A stretch of DNA of 32,000 nucleotides, from assembly GCA_030668875.1 (NCBI GenBank), contig DAOVER010000023.1, forward strand, positions 1 through 32,000, written 5' to 3'. Shown here in pieces: positions 1 through 8,271 of this stretch. Source of the DNA: Candidatus Heimdallarchaeota archaeon (GTDB lineage Archaea > Asgardarchaeota > Heimdallarchaeia > Heimdallarchaeales > Heimdallarchaeaceae). The position numbers were made by a program, and so were the translations under genes. A model generated the notes under the pieces. It ran no database searches. It was not told the DNA's origin and was given only the letters and a program-made list of their open reading frames with translations. The number at the start of each line of letters is the position of its first letter. Positions within the stretch are counted from its first letter, which is position 1.

Positions 1-180
1 GACAAAGCTAGGTACATGTCGTGCTTAGAGGTCATGATATAGGGCGAAGATACTCTATACTCACTCTTAGTGGATACATCACGTATCCTCCTACCCCGTT
101 CGCACTACGTTTAGGTAGGGCTTTCGGATCGCTTTTTATCAGAATATTGTATGCGGCATTAACGTCAGCATTTATTAAGT
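1..180 (-). ncRNA. Candidate omegaRNA scaffold overlapping the tnpB 3' end
   Basis: Two stems in the last codons: CCTACC(90-95)/GGTAGG(114-119) and GGATAC(72-77)/GTATCC(83-88). TnpB omegaRNAs are known to derive from the element's right end. Boundaries are a guess. Confidence 0.4.
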
Positions 181-1291
181 GGCCTTGAGCAGAACGAAAT
201 AGCCCTCGTTTGATTCTTTTCCCTTTGTACCTTTTCCGTTCCTTGGGGAACTCATTATCCAGAAAACTGCTCTTGGAAGTGTATTGTTCAGGGATGGTTT
301 CCACTTTTATCCCTCGCTCAGCTCCTTTATATTTTAGCATATAGATGATTTTCAGGAAGGGGAGGGTAACGAACATCTGAGTGGTTTTCTTCCAGAAATG
401 TAATCCTTGTTTCCATAGCTCATTGTAGCCTATAATTACTTCATGGAGCCCTCGTTCGACCCACAAGTCAACCAGATACTTGGTTAATTTGTGGATAGCA
501 TCGTTTAGCTTCCTTCTCCACTTCTCCTTAAGTTTGTAGTAAGCTGGACCATACTTGAGTCTGTTCTTATTTTGCAGTTGTGCTCGCTGCTGCTGACTAT
601 ACTGTAGTTGTAGTTTCTTCTGTTCTTTCAAATAATATTGAGTAACGGACTTTATGCCTTTCCCTGCGTCTTTGATAACAATCGGTCTTCCTCCGAGGTT
701 ATCCACGAAAGCGGCAAGGTTGTCCATCCCTAGATCTATCGCTCCTTTTCTGAACATCTTCTTCCTAAGATTTGGGATACTCTTCAGATAAACAAGTTCA
801 AGGGTGTAGTGAGTTCTTCGAGGAATAACTCTTACTTCTCTTAGCTCTGTCTGAGCTGTTAGTCTTGTCTTGTAGGTATACTTCACTTTCTTCGGTAACA
901 CTAACCATCCATTGACAATACGTGCTTGTTGATTGGTAAAGATAGCTACCACTTCCCCATCCTTCTTTTTGTAGTTAGGTGGCTTAGGCATGGCAAAGAA
1001 CAATGTAGGATCCTTTTTCCACTCTTTTTTAGCTCGGAAATAGCTCTTCCAGCATCTAGAAAGAAGTTTGAGTGTTTGTTGTGCAACATGAGCTGGAAGG
1101 ATACGGTAACACTCCTCCTGTTTCAACTGTATGTCAAGATTATAGTAAAAGAGTAGTTTGCTTGTCTGCTTCAAAGAGTTTTTTATCAGAAAATTTGCTC
1201 GATTATAGAGATTTTTTGCTTGATGACAGATTCTGCTCAGTGCTGGATGATACGCCACTTCTATACGTTCTGCACGCAGTACCTTTGCCAT
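32..1291 (-). CDS. tnpB: TnpB RNA-guided endonuclease, IS200/IS605 family (IS1341-like, rearranged RuvC-II, no Zn finger)
   Basis: 419 aa. N-terminal 'LSRICHQAKNLYNRAN' and 'MPKPPNYKKKDG'; RuvC-I 'GAIDLGMDNL' (D186); 'VIIGYNELWKQ'; 'PEQYTSKSSFLD' (E335); RuvC-III 'INADVNAAYNI' (D376). Spot GC counts of the first two 60-nt lines are 43% and 50%, versus 28% for line 12661. Confidence 0.95.
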   Translation of the reverse strand: MAKVLRAERIEVAYHPALSRICHQAKNLYNRANFLIKNSLKQTSKLLFYYNLDIQLKQEECYRILPAHVAQQTLKLLSRCWKSYFRAKKEWKKDPTLFFAMPKPPNYKKKDGEVVAIFTNQQARIVNGWLVLPKKVKYTYKTRLTAQTELREVRVIPRRTHYTLELVYLKSIPNLRKKMFRKGAIDLGMDNLAAFVDNLGGRPIVIKDAGKGIKSVTQYYLKEQKKLQLQYSQQQRAQLQNKNRLKYGPAYYKLKEKWRRKLNDAIHKLTKYLVDLWVERGLHEVIIGYNELWKQGLHFWKKTTQMFVTLPFLKIIYMLKYKGAERGIKVETIPEQYTSKSSFLDNEFPKERKRYKGKRIKRGLFRSAQGHLINADVNAAYNILIKSDPKALPKRSANGVGGYVMYPLRVSIEYLRPIS

Positions 1292-1497
1292 CCTTTGTTA
1301 ACCCAGAGTTCACTATAAAAACACCCGTACTATCACTGAAATGTTACTAGATTTACAACTTAACAAGACAATAATACAAGAGCATATTCATAAATCAAAC
1401 TAAACGCACTTCAGATTGGCGATCAAGTTACATAATGCTTACTAATTTCTGCGAAAAAGATATAATAGTGAAAGTTGTTGCTTAAGCACGAAATCAA

Positions 1498-1528
1498 ATT
1501 GTGAATGAGTTCATTAAAATATGCTTTC
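1498..1528 (+). repeat. 31-bp direct repeat, copy 1 (ATTGTGAATGAGTTCATTAAAATATGCTTTC)
   Basis: Identical to 4308-4339 except for one inserted A in copy 2. Contains the imperfect palindrome AATGA-GT-TCATT and TATA-like TTAAAATA. Confidence 0.9.
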
Positions 1529-1620
1529 AATCTCTTTTACTTCTTTTTTCTCTTTTTCTCATTCAAATTTCAAATAGGTTTATATGTTACATTTTCTATA
1601 GCTTTAGCTTGGTGATATGA

Positions 1621-4119
1621 TTGTACAAAAATAAGGTTAATGTGTTAATTTTTATTATACTGTTATGTTCTGTAACTACTTTAGTACAAATTAGTAGTTT
1701 TCCTACAGAGAATACTGATCTTCTGAAATTTTCTGTAGAATTTCAAGATGTAGAAATTAACGACCTTCCTGGTGAGCCACAGAATTGGACATGGGCTAAA
1801 GACCAAGGTCTTTGTACTGGAAATGGAGTAGAAAGCGATCCTTATATTATCGAAGACATTCTTTTTAATGGAACTGGTTTTTGCCTTAGTATTTTAAATT
1901 CTATAAAATACTTTATTATAAGAAATTGCACTATTAGTGGGAATAAAGGTCTCTTACTGTCTGATGTAACTAATGGACAAATTATTGAAAATAATATAAT
2001 ATTTAATGCCGGAGAAGGGATTAATATAGATACATGCAGTTCTCTCCTCGTTTCAGGAAACAATATAACTGATAATGACGCAGGGGTATTAATCAACGAC
2101 TGTTCTTTTACTTCTCTCTCGAATAACAACATAAGTAATAATAACGGAGAAGGGATTTATTTAGAAAATGCGAATAACAACATTATCATCTCAGAAAATG
2201 ACATAAAAAACAATGTGAAAGAAGGGATTAAGATAAATAAGAGTTATAACAACACCATCTGGGGAAACGAAATTTCTGACAATACTCTTGCAGGAGTACA
2301 CGTAAAAAGTCCACAATCAGTTTACAACCTGTTTTATGATAATTACTTTAGAAATAATAATCCTATTGTAAATGATGCTAATGGTGAAACCATCTGGAAT
2401 ACTACACTTATTGGTAATTATTGGGATGACTATGGTGGTGAAGATGCAAATGGTGATGGTATCGGAGATACTCCATATATTGTTCCAGGTACAGGTGGAA
2501 ATCAAGATTATTTACCAATATGGAGCTCTGTGGGGCCTATCACAATTAATGGAGCAGCAACTGGTGTTGGAGCTCATAATTGGACATGGGCAGCAAGTCA
2601 ATATTGGTGTAGTGGTTCTGGTTCTTTTGCTGATCCATATGTTATAGAAGATTTAGAGATAGATGCTCAGGGAACTGGAAGTTGTATTTCAATCACTAAT
2701 TCTAGAGTATATTTTTCAATTGAGAATTGCGTTGTAAGTGATGCAGGAACAGCTCTTACTGATGCAGGAATCTATTTATTTAATGTTACTAATGGAAATA
2801 TAGTCGAGAACGATTGTTCTAACAATGGTTATGCGGGAATATTTGTAGATGATAGTAACTATAACACTTTATCAGGAAACAATATTAAAGACAATTTATG
2901 TGGGATATATATTATTGGTTTTTGGAATGAAATTTCAGGAAATACTATAGATACCAATATAGATCAGGGTATTTTTATAGCGAGTGGTAGCCACAATAAT
3001 ACAGTGGATGGAAATACTGTGAAAAATAGTATTTATGGTATATTGGTAAGTAATACAGATGATAACACTATTTCAAATAATGAAATAAGCAGCAATTCTT
3101 ATGGAGCATACTTAGATAATTCAGATGATAACATTATTTCAGATAATGAAATAAGTAGCAATTCTTTATATGGGATATATATTGTACTGGGTAGTAACGG
3201 AAGTTTAGTTTATTCCAATTACTTTGTACTAAATGGAGAACATGCTGTTGATTATGGTTACCCCTCTTCAAATAATGTTTGGAATAGTTTGTTAATAGGT
3301 AATTATTGGGACAATTATACTGGAAGCGATGCTAACAATGACGGTATTGGTGATGATCCTCACGATTTTGGTACGGGGATAGATTACTTACCAATTTGGG
3401 ACGATGCAGCTCCAATAATTATAATAAATTCACCAAATCCTAGCGATGTATTTGGTCTCAGCGCACCATATTTTGATGTAACCATCAGTGAACCAAATTT
3501 GGATGAAATGTGGTATACTCTTGATAACGGATTACATAATCATACATTTGAAGAGAATGGAACAATTGACCAATCAGCCTGGGATGCAGCGCCTTCTGGT
3601 AGTATTACACTAGCGTTTTATGCTAGAGACATGATTGGAACTATTGGTTCTGCTGAGGTTATTATAATAAAAGACGTTGAAGCTCCAACTATTACAATCA
3701 ATACGCCTGATGCTGGTGATGAATTTGGCAGCGATGCACCAAGTTTTGACATAACTGTTACAGATGCTAATCTAGATACAGTATGGTTTACTCTCAATGG
3801 AGGTATTCCCTATTATATTGACTCTTTTAGCGGTACAATCAATCAAACAGCATGGTCAGCTTTAACCGAAGGAAATATTACTATCACTTTTTATGCCAAT
3901 GATAGCGCTGGAAATCTTGCATCTGAAGAAGTTAACATCATAAAAACCGCTGATACAGGACCTAATTTAACTTTAATCATCGTTCTTAGTACTACTCTTG
4001 GTGGAGCTGCTGTTGCTGCTGGAGTTATAGGGACATTAATGTATAAGGGGAAGATAAAAAAACCAGAATGGTTAAGGAAGATAAAAAAACCAGAATGGTT
4101 AGGAAGAAAAACGGATTAA
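1621..4119 (+). CDS. Secreted, C-terminally anchored surface protein: two NosD/CASH parallel beta-helix modules plus two Ig-like domains
   Basis: TTG start with GGTGA at 1611-1615; signal peptide; two modules each opening with 'NWTWA...G.G...DPY(I/V)IED' and closing with 'GNYWD.Y.G.DAN.DGIGD.P'; N/I-rich beta-helix rungs; two 'AP.I.IN.P...FG..AP.FD.T....NLD..W.TL..G' Ig-like repeats; C-terminal TM helix and basic tail. Confidence 0.88.
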   Translation: MYKNKVNVLIFIILLCSVTTLVQISSFPTENTDLLKFSVEFQDVEINDLPGEPQNWTWAKDQGLCTGNGVESDPYIIEDILFNGTGFCLSILNSIKYFIIRNCTISGNKGLLLSDVTNGQIIENNIIFNAGEGINIDTCSSLLVSGNNITDNDAGVLINDCSFTSLSNNNISNNNGEGIYLENANNNIIISENDIKNNVKEGIKINKSYNNTIWGNEISDNTLAGVHVKSPQSVYNLFYDNYFRNNNPIVNDANGETIWNTTLIGNYWDDYGGEDANGDGIGDTPYIVPGTGGNQDYLPIWSSVGPITINGAATGVGAHNWTWAASQYWCSGSGSFADPYVIEDLEIDAQGTGSCISITNSRVYFSIENCVVSDAGTALTDAGIYLFNVTNGNIVENDCSNNGYAGIFVDDSNYNTLSGNNIKDNLCGIYIIGFWNEISGNTIDTNIDQGIFIASGSHNNTVDGNTVKNSIYGILVSNTDDNTISNNEISSNSYGAYLDNSDDNIISDNEISSNSLYGIYIVLGSNGSLVYSNYFVLNGEHAVDYGYPSSNNVWNSLLIGNYWDNYTGSDANNDGIGDDPHDFGTGIDYLPIWDDAAPIIIINSPNPSDVFGLSAPYFDVTISEPNLDEMWYTLDNGLHNHTFEENGTIDQSAWDAAPSGSITLAFYARDMIGTIGSAEVIIIKDVEAPTITINTPDAGDEFGSDAPSFDITVTDANLDTVWFTLNGGIPYYIDSFSGTINQTAWSALTEGNITITFYANDSAGNLASEEVNIIKTADTGPNLTLIIVLSTTLGGAAVAAGVIGTLMYKGKIKKPEWLRKIKKPEWLGRKTD
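4051..4104 (+). repeat. 27-nt tandem duplication encoding KIKKPEWLR/KIKKPEWLG
   Basis: AAGATAAAAAAACCAGAATGGTTA occurs at 4051 and 4078. Confidence 0.95.
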
Positions 4120-4180
4120 ATTTGATTTCAATTTAGAAAAAAAAGGGTGAATTCTCTAGCATAAATAAGGATTAATTAAG

Positions 4181-4300
4181 TTATATTTTGATATGCAAGG
4201 TTATCCTAATTTCAGAAAATCTTTCAAATGTTTCATTATCTGCTACGAGGACTGTTATGCTATTTTCAAGTTGTTCTATTACCCCTGTTCTTCCTTCATG
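4181..4300 (-). pseudogene. Relic fragment of the longin domain of a TPR-longin paralog
   Basis: Minus strand reads HEGRTGVIEQLENSITVLVADNETF, versus HEGRAVIIEQQENIMAVLVADNETF in 6242..8254 (18/25 aa identical). DNA 4225-4300 vs 6385-6460 is 61/76 identical and ungapped. There is no start codon. Confidence 0.85.
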
Positions 4301-4307
4301 GGATCAT

Positions 4308-4339
4308 ATTGTGAATGAGTTACATTAAAATATGCTTTC
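4308..4339 (+). promoter_or_regulatory. Direct repeat copy 2; probable core promoter of the metalloprotease gene
   Basis: TAAAATATGCTTT (4326-4338) starts 28 nt before the ATG at 4354, the same spacing as upstream of taw1. Confidence 0.6.
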
Positions 4340-4353
4340 TGCATGTTTATAGT

Positions 4354-6234
4354 ATGAATAAGAAGCTGATTTCCTTCTCCATCTTTATGTTATTTTTCTC
4401 ATCCTTCGTAATTGTTGGAGAAACAAGTCTTACTCAAGAAAAAACAGATAAAATTTCTAGTTTACCTGATAATTTTGACACCAATCTAACGGTTTATGTT
4501 AGATTTCTAGGTTTTGATCAAGACATTATTGACGAAGATGCAATTGAAGATAAGCTTCCAAGTTATTTTACTAAATGGGATGTCAATTATGGAACAACTC
4601 AGCTTAATTTCAACTATGATTTTGAACACATGGATGATGTTTATGTTAATGGTTTGAAAAACTATATTCAAACAACTGCTATTAATGGTACAGGGGTAGG
4701 TTTTTCCCTGAATGTTACAAAACTCAATGAAGAGATCATTTCAGGTCAGAGATCAGATGTTTTTCTTCCAGAAGATGGATTAGTTGCAGATGCAGAAGAT
4801 GTTGAGAAGTTTATTTCGACTTTCATTCATAGCCCAGAATTAGAAAGGAGTGGATATACGCTCTATTTCCTTAATTTTTCGTCTTTTGATTCTCCTGATC
4901 ACTCTCTGGAACATTGGTACAATGTTGATAAGATTTCATTTGATACAAATGAAACAATCTCTCACTGGTATAGTGGATATGATGAGATTCCTTCTAGACC
5001 AACTTCAGGATGGGGAGGAAAACACCGATTTTGTTATCTTGACCTATCTTCTCGTTCCTGGTATTTTGATTGGTTGTTAACAGCTTGGACGGCTTTTTAT
5101 CCAGGATCTTTTAGTTATTATAATTATCCTGACATCGAAACTCTTATTCAAACACATAATCCCTATACTCCAGCTGGCCAAGAAATATTGACAACCTATA
5201 TTGCAGATTGGTTGTATTCATATCTAGGTAACGTATTTTCAGCTTATTATTCTCATTACCAGATTGGCGAATCATATTCACTACAAGTGAAAGTATTCGA
5301 TAATCTGACCAATAATGGGTTTACAACTGAAGAAATTGAATGGACAATTTCTGATAGCAGAATGTTCACACAATTAGAGAAAGATCTTCCTTGGATTGAC
5401 TGGGAAGTGAATGTGAATTATGTCCTATTAACTGATTATCCAGAACTTTATGATGAAATTGCCTCTTATGTTCACGAAGATGTAAATGGTATGTATGTGG
5501 AGGTGATGGAAGGTTTGTTCTATTATTTAAGCAATGAACTTGCGAACTACTTTGATTTTGATGCAGCTGATACTGTTCTCCCATGTTATTTCTTCCTAAC
5601 TAATGAAATAGGTTTCAGATACAATGGAATTTCATTTGCTGGACTAGGAGGAATGGGCTGGGAGATACTTCTTGGAACTCAGAATAGTATTTTCAAAGAT
5701 GCTGATCCTTCTCAACTCAGAAGAGGGTATTCAGCTGTTATGATCCATGAATTGGGTCATAGTCTTGGTTTACCTCACCCCCACGGTAGTACCTATGGTT
5801 GGGGATCATCATTCTTTCAAGACGTCATGAATTATTTTTCGTTCAGTGAAGAGAGTTTTAGTTCATTTAATCAAGATGGTTTGGCAAGAGCTCATTACAA
5901 ATATTTCTTCAAACAAACAACCGAAGAATTCGAAGACGCTTTAGAATTATATGAAAGTCAAGGTTCTCCTGTTAATTTAATTGGGTATTTAGACAAGGTT
6001 AATTCATATATCGAAATTTCTATCGATAATTATGTGAATATGGAATACATAGATGCAATAAACTCAACAAAAACAGCTCTTATTGAGATCGAAGATTTAC
6101 TCTACTACATTTTACACCCTGAAGAGTATACAGAAGAGCCCCTTCCGACTGATGAGACTACAATCTATTTCCTATTAACTATACTAGCATTAGTACCAAT
6201 GACTATATTGAGGAAAAAGAATAGAGAAAAGTAG
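4354..6234 (+). CDS. Secreted, C-terminally anchored zinc metalloprotease (metzincin-type)
   Basis: HEXXHXXGXXH 'HELGHSLGLPH' at 5746-5778 and Met-turn 'DVMNY' (ATG 5827). Signal peptide MNKKLISFSIFMLFFSS; C-terminal 'PTDETT' + TM + RKKNREK. The ORF track starts at 4315, but 4354 fits the signal peptide and promoter spacing better. Confidence 0.85.
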   Translation: MNKKLISFSIFMLFFSSFVIVGETSLTQEKTDKISSLPDNFDTNLTVYVRFLGFDQDIIDEDAIEDKLPSYFTKWDVNYGTTQLNFNYDFEHMDDVYVNGLKNYIQTTAINGTGVGFSLNVTKLNEEIISGQRSDVFLPEDGLVADAEDVEKFISTFIHSPELERSGYTLYFLNFSSFDSPDHSLEHWYNVDKISFDTNETISHWYSGYDEIPSRPTSGWGGKHRFCYLDLSSRSWYFDWLLTAWTAFYPGSFSYYNYPDIETLIQTHNPYTPAGQEILTTYIADWLYSYLGNVFSAYYSHYQIGESYSLQVKVFDNLTNNGFTTEEIEWTISDSRMFTQLEKDLPWIDWEVNVNYVLLTDYPELYDEIASYVHEDVNGMYVEVMEGLFYYLSNELANYFDFDAADTVLPCYFFLTNEIGFRYNGISFAGLGGMGWEILLGTQNSIFKDADPSQLRRGYSAVMIHELGHSLGLPHPHGSTYGWGSSFFQDVMNYFSFSEESFSSFNQDGLARAHYKYFFKQTTEEFEDALELYESQGSPVNLIGYLDKVNSYIEISIDNYVNMEYIDAINSTKTALIEIEDLLYYILHPEEYTEEPLPTDETTIYFLLTILALVPMTILRKKNREK

Positions 6235-6241
6235 TTTCTTT

Positions 6242-8254
6242 TTATTTTATTGTAAAAGGAGATTCAGAGAAAACATCATTAACGATAGGTTGAAACTCTT
6301 CTTGATCTATTGTCTTTATCGAAATATTATCTTTTATTTTTGTTACTGCTTCTTTCAAGAATTTTCTTACTTTTAACCTACACACAAATGTTTCATTATC
6401 TGCTACTAAAACTGCCATAATATTTTCTTGTTGTTCAATTATTACCGCTCTTCCTTCATGATTGATGCTTCGAAGTGTTTCAACTCCTTTTCCTAACACT
6501 TCCGACGAGAAATTTATTATTGCAGTGATTAATCCTGAAACTAGAAGATCATCCATTTCCTTTGTTTCTGTGAATTTGTGGGAATACAGGGGTAAACCTC
6601 CTTCATCTATAACAAGTAGAAGATACAGTACTATAGGTATTTTCTTGTGTGCTCCATAAGAAAATTTTCTTATTCTATTGAAGAGTCTCTTTGATCCTTT
6701 GAGTTCTTGAAGTAGAGAAGGTTTGTCTCTTAACCTTATTTTCAGTTCTTCTATTTTCTCATCCAGTCCAAGTTGTTCTGCAAAAGTTAATGCAATCTGC
6801 AGTTTTTCTTTTGCTCTTTTATTTAAATCCCTATATTGGTAATAGCTTGCTTTAATGATCATTGCATCTATATACAGAGGATGTTCAAGTTCTTGAGCGA
6901 CATTAAGAAGACTATCTATATAGTATAGAAACTTATCTGCAAATTCATTGTTTTCTGTGATTCTATACATCTCAAAGTAGCTTTCAGCAAGTTTCCCATA
7001 TGAATATACAATTCCTTCTAAGATAACCTGATTCTCAAAAAATTCTAACGCCCTTTCGAACTGTTCTACAGCGTCAGAAAGATTAACTTTTTTCTGGGAA
7101 TATAATCCCCTGTAGAAATAGAAATATGACATAGCGTTGAAATCAAACTGATCTTCTGCTAGCTGTAAGCCGAATTTTAATGCTTCACCATCATCTTTTT
7201 TGTTTAACAGTTTTAAATATCCATAAGTAATTTCTAGGAGAGCATAAATGAAACCATTTTCTTCATTTAGATTGTGAGCAGTTTCGTAATATTCTTCTGC
7301 TTTTTTGGAATCTTCATTTAGAAAGTATATCTCACCAATCTTTTCCAAAACTTGAATTTTTGTCGGTTTAAGCAAGTTACTAATTTTCAGTGTGTTTTTG
7401 TATATAACTAATGCTTCATTGAGTTTTCCGTTCATTTTTTCCTTAGTAGCGATATTCAACTGCATAATAACAAGCAGACGATCAGATTTTAGATTTTTTG
7501 CGAGATTAACACCTTTTTCTATATACTCAACAGCCTTTTTCATGTCGTACTCTTTCATTGAAATATTTGCAAGTAAATCATACAGTGAACAGAGCATACC
7601 TTCATTGTCGTAATTCTCTGCTCTCTTAACTGCACTTTCAATCCACAGGTCTTTTAGATTATCATCTGCTATTACATATGCAAAATTAACCAAATCACTC
7701 AATAAAGCATCAAGAATGAACGGGAATTTTTTAGAAAGGTCATCCATATTTAATAAATAACGTAGGATTTCATTGAGAGCTTTGTATCCAAATTCAGGTC
7801 GTTTTTCTATTTTTGCTGAAAATTCCTTTAGCGATAAAATCAGAAATTCTTTTTCTCTTGAATCCTCGTGCTCATTTACTATTTTCTCCACTTCGATTTT
7901 AAATTTCTTAAACTCATCAAAGTTAAACATATTTCTTAGAGAAAGAGCATGGAGAACTAGAAGGGATAAATTTCGCTTGTCTATTGTATCATTGAACTTA
8001 CTGTAATAATCAATAACTGAATCATATTCCTTACACCAATAACTAAGTAAAAAATATGTTAAGATAAGCATTTGATCTGTCTGATCTTCTAAAGCGACCT
8101 TTTTGGAAAAATAATTTTCCAAAGATTTTCTAACTATCTCCTCTTTTCCATTTGAACTTATGATTTTAGAGATTCTGTTGAAGAATTCACTTTTATCATC
8201 ACCAATATGTATTTCAACCTCATTTACAATAAAAGCAGGTAAATTAGTTTTCAT
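6242..8254 (-). CDS. TPR-repeat protein with C-terminal longin-like domain
   Basis: TPR helices such as 'VLEKIGEIYFLNEDSKKAEEYYETA'; C-terminal 'LLVIDEGGLPLYS...DDLLVSGLITAIINF...LRSINHEGRAVII...AVLVAD' with longin beta-beta-alpha-beta-beta-beta-alpha order. Confidence 0.8.
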   Translation of the reverse strand: MKTNLPAFIVNEVEIHIGDDKSEFFNRISKIISSNGKEEIVRKSLENYFSKKVALEDQTDQMLILTYFLLSYWCKEYDSVIDYYSKFNDTIDKRNLSLLVLHALSLRNMFNFDEFKKFKIEVEKIVNEHEDSREKEFLILSLKEFSAKIEKRPEFGYKALNEILRYLLNMDDLSKKFPFILDALLSDLVNFAYVIADDNLKDLWIESAVKRAENYDNEGMLCSLYDLLANISMKEYDMKKAVEYIEKGVNLAKNLKSDRLLVIMQLNIATKEKMNGKLNEALVIYKNTLKISNLLKPTKIQVLEKIGEIYFLNEDSKKAEEYYETAHNLNEENGFIYALLEITYGYLKLLNKKDDGEALKFGLQLAEDQFDFNAMSYFYFYRGLYSQKKVNLSDAVEQFERALEFFENQVILEGIVYSYGKLAESYFEMYRITENNEFADKFLYYIDSLLNVAQELEHPLYIDAMIIKASYYQYRDLNKRAKEKLQIALTFAEQLGLDEKIEELKIRLRDKPSLLQELKGSKRLFNRIRKFSYGAHKKIPIVLYLLLVIDEGGLPLYSHKFTETKEMDDLLVSGLITAIINFSSEVLGKGVETLRSINHEGRAVIIEQQENIMAVLVADNETFVCRLKVRKFLKEAVTKIKDNISIKTIDQEEFQPIVNDVFSESPFTIK

Positions 8255-8271
8255 TTGATAACCTTCTAAAT

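Larger units (their letters stand above)
1..1300 (-). mobile_element. tnpB-only IS200/IS605-type element; ends not resolved
   Basis: tnpB with no tnpA ORF in 1292-1620 and elevated GC. The right end may lie at or beyond the left edge of the window. Confidence 0.6.

Noticed and set aside
1292-1497. Possible tnpA or HTH remnant upstream of tnpB
   Set aside because: I noticed only a 20-aa ORF, with no HUH or serine-recombinase motif.
1490-4129. 11-bp inverted repeat GAAATCAAATT (1490-1500) / AATTTGATTTC (4119-4129) flanking the NosD gene like terminal inverted repeats
   Set aside because: It is very AT-rich, cannot be extended, has no target duplication and no DDE transposase nearby; an 11-mer match is plausible by chance.
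4315-4353. N-terminal extension MSYIKICFLHVYS of the metalloprotease
   Set aside because: It lies inside the repeat/promoter element; ATG 4354 gives a clean signal peptide and the 28-nt promoter spacing.
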